The notes under the pieces: model-generated
Seen by the model: only the letters and a program-made list of their open reading frames with translations
Told to the model about the DNA's origin: nothing
Database searches by the model: none
Made by a program: the position numbers and the translations under genes
NCBI GenBank assembly: GCA_964642835.1
Contig: CAZXQA010000001.1
Coordinates: forward strand, 68,219-132,218
DNA: 64,000 bases
Direction: 5' to 3'
Source: an uncultured Candidatus Saccharibacteria bacterium
GTDB taxonomy: Bacteria; Patescibacteriota; Minisyncoccia; Phycocordibacterales; Zambryskibacteraceae
Shown: positions 19,599 through 29,471 of the stretch, piece by piece
Numbering within the stretch: the first letter of the stretch is position 1
Layout: each line of letters begins with the position of its first letter

Positions 19599-20408
19599 AT
19601 GTCTGTCATTTTATTTTTCCTCATCTTAAGTGTGCTTGTGATCGTCCATGAACTGGGGCATTTTCTCGTGGCGAGAGCTTTCGGCATCAGAGTAGACGAA
19701 TTCGGCATCGGGTATCCACCTAAGGCTAAGACCTTGTTTCGCTGGAAGGGTACCAACTTCACGCTTAACTGGTTGCCGTTCGGTGGGTTCGTGAAGATCT
19801 TTGGCGAAGAATACGATGAGGAGGGAGGTGTAGCACCGTCTTCCGAGAGCCTCCAAGGCAAGCATCGCGGTATCCAGGCGGCCGTTCTCGCGGCGGGAGT
19901 GGCGTGCAACTTCCTTTTCGCGGCCTTTCTTATTGGAGTAGTGGTGTGGCTCGGCCTCGCCGCTCCTCTTTCGGCGGTGCGCGAAGGTGGGATCTCGCTT
20001 CCAGCCGCGGTCGTGGAGGGCTTCCGCGCGAGCGCCGTGATTACTGCCGATATTGTCGGGGCGCTCGGCACGCTCGCGCGGGATACTCTTTCGGGTCATC
20101 CTGATCTTTCGAGTGTGGCGGGCCCGGTCGGGCTTGTCTCTTTGGTGGGTGAGGTTGGAGGAATGGGATGGGGATATATTCTCACCTTCGTCGCGCTCAT
20201 TTCTTTGAACCTCTCCGTCATTAACCTTCTGCCTCTGCCGGCGCTCGATGGCGGCAGGCTTCTCTTTGTAGCCATTGAAGCTCTAACTCGGAGACGTATT
20301 CCGACCAGAATTTTTAATATATCTAATACCGTCGGGTTCGGACTTCTCCTTCTCCTTATGGTGCTTATTACCATTCACGACGTTCAGGGGATGGTGAGCG
20401 TGAAGTAA
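19599..20408 (+). CDS. rseP: site-2 protease, RseP family (no PDZ domain)
   Basis: HELGH, LPFGGFVKI, NLLPLPALDGG. Confidence 0.88.
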   Translation: MSVILFFLILSVLVIVHELGHFLVARAFGIRVDEFGIGYPPKAKTLFRWKGTNFTLNWLPFGGFVKIFGEEYDEEGGVAPSSESLQGKHRGIQAAVLAAGVACNFLFAAFLIGVVVWLGLAAPLSAVREGGISLPAAVVEGFRASAVITADIVGALGTLARDTLSGHPDLSSVAGPVGLVSLVGEVGGMGWGYILTFVALISLNLSVINLLPLPALDGGRLLFVAIEALTRRRIPTRIFNISNTVGFGLLLLLMVLITIHDVQGMVSVK

Positions 20409-20462
20409 ACGAGAGCACGCGGCTTCTTTGTCTTTATGGTCATATTCCAGTAAAATAGCCCC

Positions 20463-21881
20463 ATGCAAGAGACTATTACTCCGCGCGACAAAGATTACTC
20501 CGAGTGGTATCAAGACGTTATCGAGGCCGCGGAACTCGCCGAGCACGGACCGGTGCGCGGCACGATGATTATTAAGCCTTACGGTTACGCTTTGTGGGAA
20601 AATACTCAGCAGTATCTCGATCAGAAGTTTAAGGAGGTCGGAGTGCAAAATGCCTATTTCCCGCTGTTCATTCCGGAACATTTTTTGAAGAAAGAAGAAA
20701 GTCACGTCGAAGGCTTCTCTCCTGAAGTGGCGGTGGTGACGCATGCTGGTGGCAAGAAGCTTGAAGAACCGATCGTTGTGCGTCCGACTTCCGAGACTAT
20801 CATGTATGACGCGTTCTCGCGTTGGATTCACTCGCATCGCGATCTGCCGCTCCTTATCAACCAGTGGGCAAACGTCGTCCGTTGGGAAATGCGTCCGCGC
20901 CTCTTCATGCGCACGACGGAGTTCCTCTGGCAGGAAGGGCACACCGCTCACGCCACGAACGCCGAGGCAGACGCCTGGGCCCGTCAGATGCTTCGCGTTT
21001 ACGAAACCTTCGCCAAAGAGATGATGGCCATTCCGGTCATCCCCGGACAGAAATCTGAGAGCGAGAAATTCGCCGGCGCTTTGCACACCTACACTATTGA
21101 AGCGATGATGCAGGACGGGAAAGCCCTTCAGTTCGCCACCTCGCACAACCTTGGGCAGAATTTCGCCAAAGCCTTTGACGTGACGTTCTCCGATGAGAAC
21201 AATGAGAAGCAATTCGTCTCGCAGACCTCGTGGGGTCTCTCGACGCGCACGATCGGCGGTTTGATCATGGCGCACTCCGACGACAAGGGGCTGGTGTTGC
21301 CTCCGAACATTGCCTCCATTCAAGTCGTGATCATGCCTATTTGGAAAGATGAAGCCACTAAAGCTGCGGTTATCCAGCGGGCCAAAGATTTGTGCGAAGA
21401 GCTGCGCGATTTCAAAGTCGTCCTCGATGTAGGAGAGGGTCGCCCGGGTGAGAAGCACTATCGTTGGGAAAAGAAGGGAGTACCCGTCCGCATTGAACTC
21501 GGTCCACGCGATATTGAAGCTGGCACCATGGTCCTTGTGCGTCGTGATACGGGGGAGAAGACAAACATCGCGTTAGGAGATGCCGAGAAGGTAGGAGAAA
21601 CACTTGCTGCTATCCAGGCCAATCTTTACAACACCGCTCTCGCTCGCCAGCACGCGAAGACGAAGACGGTTGAGACGTGGGAAGAATTTAAGGCGGAGAT
21701 TGAAGCGGGCAACTTCGTCCTGGCTCATTGGGATGGCGATAAGGAGACTGAAGCGGCGATTAAAGAAGAGACGAAGGCGACGATTCGTTGCATTCCATTT
21801 GACCAGGTGAAGGAAGAGGGTCTCTGCGTAAAGTCGGGCAAGCCTTCTCATGGACGCGTTATCTTTGCTCGCTCCTACTAA
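20463..21881 (+). CDS. proS: prolyl-tRNA synthetase, archaeal/eukaryote-like type
   Basis: RPTSET, QWANVVRWE, EFLWQEGHT, SWGLSTR, C-terminal FARSY. Confidence 0.97.
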   Translation: MQETITPRDKDYSEWYQDVIEAAELAEHGPVRGTMIIKPYGYALWENTQQYLDQKFKEVGVQNAYFPLFIPEHFLKKEESHVEGFSPEVAVVTHAGGKKLEEPIVVRPTSETIMYDAFSRWIHSHRDLPLLINQWANVVRWEMRPRLFMRTTEFLWQEGHTAHATNAEADAWARQMLRVYETFAKEMMAIPVIPGQKSESEKFAGALHTYTIEAMMQDGKALQFATSHNLGQNFAKAFDVTFSDENNEKQFVSQTSWGLSTRTIGGLIMAHSDDKGLVLPPNIASIQVVIMPIWKDEATKAAVIQRAKDLCEELRDFKVVLDVGEGRPGEKHYRWEKKGVPVRIELGPRDIEAGTMVLVRRDTGEKTNIALGDAEKVGETLAAIQANLYNTALARQHAKTKTVETWEEFKAEIEAGNFVLAHWDGDKETEAAIKEETKATIRCIPFDQVKEEGLCVKSGKPSHGRVIFARSY

Positions 21882-21883
21882 TA

Positions 21884-22948
21884 ATGAAGCTCACCGCCTT
21901 CAAGAACTTGCGCCAGTACTTTTCCCACGACATGGGGATTGATCTGGGTACCGCGAATACCTTGGTGTACTTGAGTGGTCGCGGGATTGTCGTCAACGAA
22001 CCTTCGGTCGTGGCCGTGAACCAGAAGACGGGCCAAGTCGTCGCCATTGGCACGGAGGCGAAGGCCATGTTCGGTCGCACGCCGACCCATATCTCGGCCA
22101 TTAAGCCCTTGGTCGACGGCGTCATTTCCGACTTCGAGACAACGGAAGAAATGGTGAGCTACCTCTTGGGCAAGGCAACCGCTGGTTCGAAGAAATTGCT
22201 CTCACCGCGCGTCGTCGTCGGCGTGCCTTCGAACATTACGAACGTCGAGATCCGCGCCGTCCGCGACGCGGCGAGAAATGCCGGCGCGGGCGAAGTTCAC
22301 ATTGTCGAAGAGCCGATGGCGGCAGCGATCGGCATGCGTCTCCCCATCCATGAACCGGTCGGGAACATGGTGATCGACATTGGCGGCGGCACGACTGACA
22401 TTGCCATTATTTCCTTGGGTGGTGTCGTGCGCTCGAAGAACGTGCACATCGCGGGAGACAAATTCAACTCAGACATCATTTCATACGTGCGAAATCAGTT
22501 TAAGATTCTTATTGGCGACAAGACCGCGGAGACCGTAAAGATTATGATTGGCTCTGTCCTACCCACTCACGCGCCACTCGAGATGGCGGTAAAGGGACGT
22601 GACCTCGTGACGGGCTTGCCGAAGGAAGTGATTCTCACCGATACCGATATCCGCGAAGCGCTTTCCGTTTCGGTCGAAAATCTCATCGAAGCGGTGCGCG
22701 AAGTGCTCGAATCGACTCCACCCGAAGTCTTGGCCGACGTCATGCAGCGCGGCGTCTACCTCGCAGGCGGCGGCGCTCTTCTTAAGGGTTTGCCGGAGCT
22801 TGTTGAGAACGAGATCAATATTCCCGTGTACGTAGCCGCTGATCCGCTCACGGCTGTGGCCCGCGGCACGGGTATCATCCTCGAGAATCTCGAAGCGTTT
22901 AGAGACGTCTTAATCGAAAATGAAGATGAGCTACCTCCCAAGAAATAG
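21884..22948 (+). CDS. mreB: rod shape-determining protein MreB
   Basis: IDLGTANTL, NEPSVVA, EEPMAAAIG, DIGGGTT, GGGALL. Confidence 0.97.
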   Translation: MKLTAFKNLRQYFSHDMGIDLGTANTLVYLSGRGIVVNEPSVVAVNQKTGQVVAIGTEAKAMFGRTPTHISAIKPLVDGVISDFETTEEMVSYLLGKATAGSKKLLSPRVVVGVPSNITNVEIRAVRDAARNAGAGEVHIVEEPMAAAIGMRLPIHEPVGNMVIDIGGGTTDIAIISLGGVVRSKNVHIAGDKFNSDIISYVRNQFKILIGDKTAETVKIMIGSVLPTHAPLEMAVKGRDLVTGLPKEVILTDTDIREALSVSVENLIEAVREVLESTPPEVLADVMQRGVYLAGGGALLKGLPELVENEINIPVYVAADPLTAVARGTGIILENLEAFRDVLIENEDELPPKK

Positions 22949-23702
22949 AAACCGTTCTTCTCACGGCAAATCGGCTCTTATCCTGGCCGGCATCTTTGCC
23001 GCCGGAGCGCTTATCTTCTCTTTTCTTGGTGGCCCTCTCGTGAGGCTTATTTCTCCCATCTGGCGTGGCGAAAACGCTCTCGGCCGCACCGTGGAGAAAA
23101 TCGGAGAGAATCTCCACACGAGAAGCGCCTTGGCACGAGAAAATATTGCTCTCCGAGAGAAGGTAAGTTCGCTCGAGTTACAAATCTCCTCTCTCAACCT
23201 CTCCCTCTCTCAGGAACGCTCTCTCGCGGAGCTTCTCGGACGAGAGCGACGGGTCAATGAGGTCGTCGCCTCGGTCCTCACTCGACCGCCGCAGAGTCCG
23301 TACGATCTTTTTATTGTTGACGCGGGGGAGAGAGATGGCATTGTGATCGGGGCGGTCGTGCGTTTGCCGGAAGGACCGCTCCTTGGCACAGTTTCCGATC
23401 TCTTCCCGGCTTCTGCCAAGGTAAGGCTCTTCACGACGGCGGGGGAAAAGACGGAAGCGGTGCTTGAACGTGGTAATGTTCCAGTCCTCCTCGAAGGTCG
23501 AGGAGGAGGGAGCTTCCGCATTGCCGTGCCGCGAGAGACGTGGGTGGAAGTGGGTGACCGCGTCGTCTCCGCTGACACCGGTGAGAGCCTCTTGGGAGTG
23601 GTCGAGGAAGTGGTGGTGGAGGCGACCGACTCCTTCAAAGAAATCTTAGTGAAGAGTCCGGCCAACATTTTCTCCGTGCGGCTTGTGTCCATTTCACTCT
23701 AA
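22920..23702 (+). CDS. mreC: rod shape-determining protein MreC
   Basis: TM + coiled coil + beta domain; directly after mreB. Confidence 0.85.
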   Translation: MKMSYLPRNRNRSSHGKSALILAGIFAAGALIFSFLGGPLVRLISPIWRGENALGRTVEKIGENLHTRSALARENIALREKVSSLELQISSLNLSLSQERSLAELLGRERRVNEVVASVLTRPPQSPYDLFIVDAGERDGIVIGAVVRLPEGPLLGTVSDLFPASAKVRLFTTAGEKTEAVLERGNVPVLLEGRGGGSFRIAVPRETWVEVGDRVVSADTGESLLGVVEEVVVEATDSFKEILVKSPANIFSVRLVSISL

Positions 23703-23956
23703 TGCGTGACCGCCTTATCGCCACGGTACTTATCCTCGGTGCCACCATCTTCTTGCCGTATTGGATCTACCTACCGCTTCTCGTCGTTGCTATGGCTCTT
23801 ATCCCGTTCTACTGGGAAGCAATCTTCCTTGGTTTTCTCATTGACACCTTGTACGGGCCAAGTTCGTTGAATGTCTTTACCTCGGTCGCGTTCTGGTCAC
23901 TCCTTATGCTCGTGGCAATTATGCCGTTGCGTGAGAGACTTCGCTGGCGACTCTAA
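23702..23956 (+). CDS. small hydrophobic protein in the MreD position
   Basis: 84 aa, TM-rich, GFLIDTLYG resembles the MreD G...D motif; lies between mreC and the PBP gene. Confidence 0.6.
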   Translation: MRDRLIATVLILGATIFLPYWIYLPLLVVAMALIPFYWEAIFLGFLIDTLYGPSSLNVFTSVAFWSLLMLVAIMPLRERLRWRL

Positions 23957-23961
23957 ACTCT

Positions 23962-25683
23962 ATGTCGAAAATTCTTTTCAATAGAATAAAGTCCACACTC
24001 GGTATTTCGTCGCGCGTCTCTGGCAAATACGGCGACATTAACCCCGAAGACATCTTTCTCGATTCGGCCAACCTGCCCGGCTTCGACGAGCATACGCTTC
24101 AAGGGCGTTTGGATCGCCCGATCGGCCGCCGTACCTTCGCGGGAGTGAAGGTTCTTCTTGGTCTTATCGTGATTGTGTTGGGCGGCAAACTTTGGTCGCT
24201 TTCGATCTCGAATGGTCCAGTGTACGCGAAAATTTCTGAGAACAATCGTCTCGAACAGACCCTCGTCTTTGCCAACCGGGGAGCGATTCTTGACCGCAAT
24301 GGAGTGGAGCTCGCGGGCAACGCGGTGAAGACCGACGCGCTCGGGTTCCCCGAGCGCCAATACGCCTCGATGAAGGGGCTCGCGCATGTGGTGGGATACG
24401 TGAAGTACCCGCTCGCCGACAAATCCGGCTTTTATTATGAAAAGGAATATCGCGCCAAGGACGGCATTGAGCTCGCCTATGATGATGTGCTTCGAGGAAA
24501 GAACGGTCAGAAGCTCGTCGAAACGGACGTGAGGGGAACGGTAACTTCTGAGAGTGTTGTTGAGAAGCCTGCCGATGGTCAGAGCATCACCCTTTCAATC
24601 GACGCGAAGGTGAACGAAGTGCTCTTTAAGGCTATTGAGTCTCTCGCCCGCTCGAGTCGCTTTGTCGGTGGCGCGGGCGTGATTATGAATGTCGAAACGG
24701 GGGAGATTCTGGCGCTTACGAGCTATCCGGAATACGACCAGAACGCGCTCACGACCGGTCTTACTCAAACAACCTTTAACGCCCTATTGAACGATCCTGG
24801 CAAACCGTTCCTCAACCGCGTGGTCGGTGGGTTATACACGCCGGGCTCTATCGTGAAGCCTCTCGTTGCTCTCGCCGCTCTCAACGAGCGCATTATCTCT
24901 CCGGAGAAGGAGATTCTCTCCACTGGTTCTATTAGTGTGCCGAACCCGTATGATCCCGCTCACCCTTCGGTATTCCGAGACTGGAAGGCGCACGGCTGGA
25001 CGGATATGAAGGAGGCGCTCGCCGTGTCCTCAGACACCTACTTTTACTCCATTGGTGGAGGCTTCGGCGGACAGCCTGGGTTGGGGATCTCTCTTATCGA
25101 CAAGTACTTCGACCTCTTCGGCTTGGAAGAGGAGACAAATATCGCGCTCGCGGGAGAAGTGTCCGGCCTGGTGCCAACGCCTGAGTGGAAGAAGGAGAAG
25201 TTCAACGGGGACATCTGGCGTCTTGGCGATACCTACATCACTTCGATCGGCCAATACGGCACTCAGGTGACACCTATAAACGCCGTGCGCTTTACCGCGG
25301 CAGTAGCCAACGGCGGCAAGCTGTTGAAGCCCACGTTGCTCCTCGGTGGCGAAGGAGATCCGGTCGTGCGAAGAATCGATCTTCCGGCGCGTGATTTTGA
25401 GGTCGTGAAAGAGGGTATGCACGAGGGGGTTGAGTACGGTACCTCGATGGGGCTTAACGTGCCCTATGTCTCGGCAGGGGCGAAGACGGGGACGGCGGAA
25501 ATCGGCGCGGGCAAGTCGTACGTCCACTCTTGGACGGCCGGCTTCTTCCCCTTTGAGCGCCCGCGCTATGCCTGGGTGGTTATTATGGAAAAGGGCCCAG
25601 CCACGAACACCGTAGGCGCCTCAACGGTCATGCGGCAGGTCTTTGACTGGATCGAGGCCAATGAACCCCAATACTTCCAATAA
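23962..25683 (+). CDS. mrdA: penicillin-binding protein 2 (class B transpeptidase)
   Basis: RGAILDRNG, PGSIVKP (SxxK), SSDTYFY, KTGTAE; mre operon context. Confidence 0.92.
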   Translation: MSKILFNRIKSTLGISSRVSGKYGDINPEDIFLDSANLPGFDEHTLQGRLDRPIGRRTFAGVKVLLGLIVIVLGGKLWSLSISNGPVYAKISENNRLEQTLVFANRGAILDRNGVELAGNAVKTDALGFPERQYASMKGLAHVVGYVKYPLADKSGFYYEKEYRAKDGIELAYDDVLRGKNGQKLVETDVRGTVTSESVVEKPADGQSITLSIDAKVNEVLFKAIESLARSSRFVGGAGVIMNVETGEILALTSYPEYDQNALTTGLTQTTFNALLNDPGKPFLNRVVGGLYTPGSIVKPLVALAALNERIISPEKEILSTGSISVPNPYDPAHPSVFRDWKAHGWTDMKEALAVSSDTYFYSIGGGFGGQPGLGISLIDKYFDLFGLEEETNIALAGEVSGLVPTPEWKKEKFNGDIWRLGDTYITSIGQYGTQVTPINAVRFTAAVANGGKLLKPTLLLGGEGDPVVRRIDLPARDFEVVKEGMHEGVEYGTSMGLNVPYVSAGAKTGTAEIGAGKSYVHSWTAGFFPFERPRYAWVVIMEKGPATNTVGASTVMRQVFDWIEANEPQYFQ

Positions 25684-25719
25684 TGCCCCTCATAAGGTAA
25701 TATTTCCTTAATCCAATTT

Positions 25720-26187
25720 ATGAACACCGACACAGAATACTTAACGAAAGAGAAACACGAGGAGCTTCAGAAGGAGTTACAGTTCTTAAAGACTCAAAAG
25801 CGCAAAGAGGTTGCCGAGGCTCTTGAATACGCGAAGTCCCTAGGCGACCTCTCTGAGAACGCCGAATACCACGAAGCTCGCGATAGCCAGGCGTCGCTCG
25901 AAGATCGCATTCAGCGTATTGAGCAAATCTTGAAGTCCGCCTCGATTGTCTCTGGTAATGCGTCCGGGGCCGTCGCCGTCGGTTCTTCTCTTACTCTTGA
26001 GCGCGAGAGCGACAAGGTGCGCCGCAACTATACGATCGTTGGTTCCGAAGAAGCTGATGCCGCGAAGGGTATGATCTCCATGCGCTCTCCGCTCGGTCTT
26101 GCCGCCATGGGCAAGATGAAGGGTGAGACCTTCGCCTTCGAAACTCCCTCCGGTCTCGTGAAGTATAAGGTTATCGAGATTAAGTAA
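25720..26187 (+). CDS. greA: transcription elongation factor GreA
   Basis: GDLSENAEYHEA, IVGSEEAD, IS.RSPLG. Confidence 0.97.
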   Translation: MNTDTEYLTKEKHEELQKELQFLKTQKRKEVAEALEYAKSLGDLSENAEYHEARDSQASLEDRIQRIEQILKSASIVSGNASGAVAVGSSLTLERESDKVRRNYTIVGSEEADAAKGMISMRSPLGLAAMGKMKGETFAFETPSGLVKYKVIEIK

Positions 26188-26192
26188 CGTCT

Positions 26193-27731
26193 ATGCGCCT
26201 TCCGGACCATAGCGCCTCTGATTGGGCTGCTACGGCTAGAGATGCCGCTCTTTCGGCCCATCCGGAGAAGGGGCTGTACACGACCGCGGCGGGGATTAGT
26301 CCGTCGGGCGTCGTGCATTTCGGTAACTTCCGTGACATTGTGACCTCGCATCTCGTGCGGGAAGAATTTGTGAAGCAGGGCAAGCAGGCGCGCCTGATCT
26401 TCTCGTGGGACAACTTCGACCGCTTCCGCAAGGTGCCGGCCGGTGTACCCGAATCCTTCGCCGAACATATTGGTAAACCACTCTCAAAGATTCCCGATCC
26501 GTGGGGAGAAGCAGCTTCGTACGCGGAGCATTTCCAGAAGCCGTTTATGGAAGCAATGGAGAAGCTCGGTATCGACATCGAGTACCGAGATCAAACAGCG
26601 TTGTACGAAAGCGGGGCCTATGACGCGCAGATTTTCCACGCCCTCAAGAATAGAGAAAAAATCGCGGACATCCTCCTCTCTTTCATGAGCGAGAAGGCGA
26701 AGGGTGAGAAGGGAATTGATCCAGCCGAATATCGCGCGAACTATTATCCTATCTCCGTCTATTCGCGCTTTACGGGCAAGGACACGACCAAGGTCCTAAG
26801 CTACGACGGCAATACTTCGATCACGTATCGCTGCATTGATACCGGCCAAGAAGAAACGGTCGATCTCTCAGAGGTTCATATTGCCAAGCTACAGTGGAAG
26901 ATCGACTGGCCGATGCGCTGGCAGTACGAGGGGGTGGACTTTGAACCGGGTGGGCACGACCATGCCTCTCCGGGTGGTAGTTATGATGTGGCTACTCGCG
27001 TAGCGACGGAGATTTTCAATTACGAAGCACCCGTCTTTATCGAATACAAATTCGTCGGTATCCAAGGTCAGGGTTCCAAGATGTCGGGCTCGAAGGGCAA
27101 CGCCGTCTCGCCACTTGAGCTCCTCGAGATCTATGAACCCGCGGTACTCAAATGGCTCTACTTTAGAAAGGCACCTGGTCAATCCTTCGAACTTGCTTTT
27201 AATAGCGAAATTTATCGTCAGTACGATGAGTATGACGCCGAGCATCCAGAGACGCAGGCAATCCCATTCCGCCAAGCGGTCGGCTTCGGTCAGGTGGTGC
27301 AGTGGCAGCCGGATAAGCTGGAAACAGTATTGAAGGCGCTTGGCTATACCTATAGCGCGGAGAGTATCGCGGCGCGTCTCATCCTCGCCAAGAACTGGCT
27401 CACCAAGTACAATCCGGATGAAGCGATTAACTTGAATCCTTCTTTCAACAGTGCCTATCTTGAGAACATGTCAGATGAGGCGAAGGCGCTCGTCACTCGC
27501 TTGCGTGCTGAGCTTGAGACAAGAGAGGGGGCAGCGATCGCGGATCTCGAAGAGCTCGTGTACGCGATTCCTAAGAGCGCAGAGCTCGATGAAGCAGAGC
27601 TTAAGAAAGTGCAGCGCGCGTTCTTCAAGGACGTCTACAACCTCCTTATTGGCAAAGACACCGGCCCGCGCCTCGGCACCTTCCTCTGGGCCGCAGATAG
27701 GGAGCGGGTTTTAAAGCTATTGACTTTTTAA
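26193..27731 (+). CDS. lysS: lysyl-tRNA synthetase, class I
   Basis: GISPSG.VHFGNFRD (HIGH), KLQWKIDWPMRW, FEPGG.DH, KMSGSKG (KMSKS), GPRLG. Confidence 0.95.
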   Translation: MRLPDHSASDWAATARDAALSAHPEKGLYTTAAGISPSGVVHFGNFRDIVTSHLVREEFVKQGKQARLIFSWDNFDRFRKVPAGVPESFAEHIGKPLSKIPDPWGEAASYAEHFQKPFMEAMEKLGIDIEYRDQTALYESGAYDAQIFHALKNREKIADILLSFMSEKAKGEKGIDPAEYRANYYPISVYSRFTGKDTTKVLSYDGNTSITYRCIDTGQEETVDLSEVHIAKLQWKIDWPMRWQYEGVDFEPGGHDHASPGGSYDVATRVATEIFNYEAPVFIEYKFVGIQGQGSKMSGSKGNAVSPLELLEIYEPAVLKWLYFRKAPGQSFELAFNSEIYRQYDEYDAEHPETQAIPFRQAVGFGQVVQWQPDKLETVLKALGYTYSAESIAARLILAKNWLTKYNPDEAINLNPSFNSAYLENMSDEAKALVTRLRAELETREGAAIADLEELVYAIPKSAELDEAELKKVQRAFFKDVYNLLIGKDTGPRLGTFLWAADRERVLKLLTF

Positions 27732-27793
27732 TAATTTAGGTGTCTAATTAGAGATAGTTGAACATGTTGCGGCAGGTGCCGCGGGAGATTGAA

Positions 27794-28027
27794 ATGAAGA
27801 TACTTCGAGGCGTTATCCTCGTTCTGGCGGGGTTCGTGGCTGGCGTGCTCTACGTTGGTCTCAATGTCGGGCAGAACCTTCAGAAAGGTTCTGAGGTCAG
27901 TCTCGGCGACAAGCACTATTTGCCGATTGAGTTCGAGAAGACCGACAACGGTCTTTGCGATCTCTTCTTGAAGAAGTCTGATGGTGCCAAGGACTATCTT
28001 CGTCGGATCGAATGTCCTAAGGAGTAG
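27794..28027 (+). CDS. small hypothetical membrane-anchored protein
   Basis: GGGAG SD, N-terminal TM, Cys pair. Confidence 0.55.
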   Translation: MKILRGVILVLAGFVAGVLYVGLNVGQNLQKGSEVSLGDKHYLPIEFEKTDNGLCDLFLKKSDGAKDYLRRIECPKE

Positions 28028-28046
28028 TTCGACTACGCGACACGCA

Positions 28047-28074
28047 AAAAGCGGATCCTCACGGATCCGCTTTT
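28047..28074. terminator. bidirectional intrinsic terminator
   Basis: AAAAGCGGATCC-TCAC-GGATCCGCTTTT. Confidence 0.8.
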
Positions 28075-28085
28075 CTTATTTCTAT

Positions 28086-29324
28086 CTATTTCTTTTCTTT
28101 AATTTCAGTTTTCAGCTTCTCGACCAGCTCATCCTGATCCATAGCTCCGAGTTGGCCTGCATCGCGGCTCTCTACTCCAACTTTGTTTTCTGCGATTTCT
28201 TTGTCGCCTACGATGAGGAGGTAAGGGATCTTTTCAGACTTGCCGTTCCTGATCTTTTTGCCTAAAGATTCGCCAGTGACGTCGATCTCAGTGCGAATGC
28301 CAGCGGCCTGCAGCTTCGTAACGAGAGCTTCTGCGTACGTGACGTGTCCTTCGCCAATCGGTAACACACGCGCCTGGACAGGAGCGAGCCAGAGGGGGAA
28401 GGCGCCAGCATACTTCTCGATCAAGAAGGCCATAATGCGCTCAATTGCGCCAATTGAGGAACGGTGAACCACGAAAGCCTTGTGCTCTTTACCATCTTCG
28501 CCCGTGTAAACCAAATTAAAGCGTTCCGGCATAATGAAGTCATACTGAACGGTGAGCGCAGTGTCTTCTTTGCCATTTACATTCTTCATTTGGAGATCAA
28601 TTTTAGGCCCGTAGAACGCCGCTTCTCCTTTAGCTTCTTCGAAGTTGTTCCCTAAGCGTTTCTGCATAAGTTGACGTAATAGGTCCTCAGCCTTCTCCCA
28701 CGCGGCTTCGTTGCCCGCGTACTTTTCCTTGTTATCACGATCGCCTTGCGAGAGACGGTAGCGATAGTCTTTACCATGTTCGAGTCCGAAAACAGAACAG
28801 ACGTATTCGATAAGATCGAGTGCCTTGGCAATCTCATCAACGGCTTCAACCTCGTCTTTACAGATGATGTGAGCATCTGCCAGGCAGAAACTGCGAACAC
28901 GCTGGAGGCCCATAAGCTCACCAGATTGCTCATAGCGATAGAGTTGAGCCAGTTCGGCAATACGCATCGGCAACTCTCGGTAAGAGTGGGGTTTTGATAG
29001 GTAGAGTTCGAAGTGGTGCGGGCAGGTCATAGGGCGGAGCATGAATTCATCGTCATCGATTTTGATTGGCGCGTACATGCTGTCGCTGTAATACGGATAG
29101 TGACCGGACTTCTTATAGAGGTCGAGTTTGGCAATATCCGGGGTTACGACGTGGAGGTAACCGCGACGAATTTCTTCATCGACGATAAAGCGTTCAAGTT
29201 CGCGACGCACGGTAGCGCCCTTTGGGAGCCAAAGGGGCAGGCCTTTGCCGACGGTGTCAGAGAAGGTAAAAAGCTCTAATTCTCGGCCTAATTTCTTATG
29301 GTCTCGTTCTTGATTTTCATTCAT
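28086..29324 (-). CDS. thrS: threonyl-tRNA synthetase lacking N-terminal TGS/editing domains
   Basis: Begins at RDHKKLGRELELF; LRPMTCPHH, YRYEQSG, GEAAFYGPKID, IHR-like VHRS, FPLWLAPVQ. Confidence 0.97.
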   Translation of the reverse strand: MNENQERDHKKLGRELELFTFSDTVGKGLPLWLPKGATVRRELERFIVDEEIRRGYLHVVTPDIAKLDLYKKSGHYPYYSDSMYAPIKIDDDEFMLRPMTCPHHFELYLSKPHSYRELPMRIAELAQLYRYEQSGELMGLQRVRSFCLADAHIICKDEVEAVDEIAKALDLIEYVCSVFGLEHGKDYRYRLSQGDRDNKEKYAGNEAAWEKAEDLLRQLMQKRLGNNFEEAKGEAAFYGPKIDLQMKNVNGKEDTALTVQYDFIMPERFNLVYTGEDGKEHKAFVVHRSSIGAIERIMAFLIEKYAGAFPLWLAPVQARVLPIGEGHVTYAEALVTKLQAAGIRTEIDVTGESLGKKIRNGKSEKIPYLLIVGDKEIAENKVGVESRDAGQLGAMDQDELVEKLKTEIKEKK

Positions 29325-29350
29325 GGGGTTAATCCTAGCAAACTTGTAGT

Positions 29351-29382
29351 AAAAACAAACCCCTTCGCGTGGAAGGGGTTTG
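29351..29382 (-). terminator. attenuator terminator (3:4 hairpin) upstream of thrS
   Basis: Minus strand CAAACCCCTTC-CACGC-GAAGGGGTTTG followed by TTTTT. Confidence 0.85.
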
Positions 29383-29402
29383 CCGGGGAACGATCGCTCG
29401 GA

Positions 29403-29471
29403 TCACGCCACAACAGACTCCTTCCAAGGAAGGGTCGTCGTGGTAGTCGTGTTGAAGCGAGCGAATTGCAT
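29403..29471 (-). CDS. Thr-rich leader peptide MQFARFNTTTTTTLPWKESVVA (thrS attenuator)
   Basis: 22-codon ORF with six consecutive Thr codons (ACG ACT ACC ACG ACG ACC) between the dnaE stop and the terminator before thrS. Confidence 0.88.
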   Translation of the reverse strand: MQFARFNTTTTTTLPWKESVVA

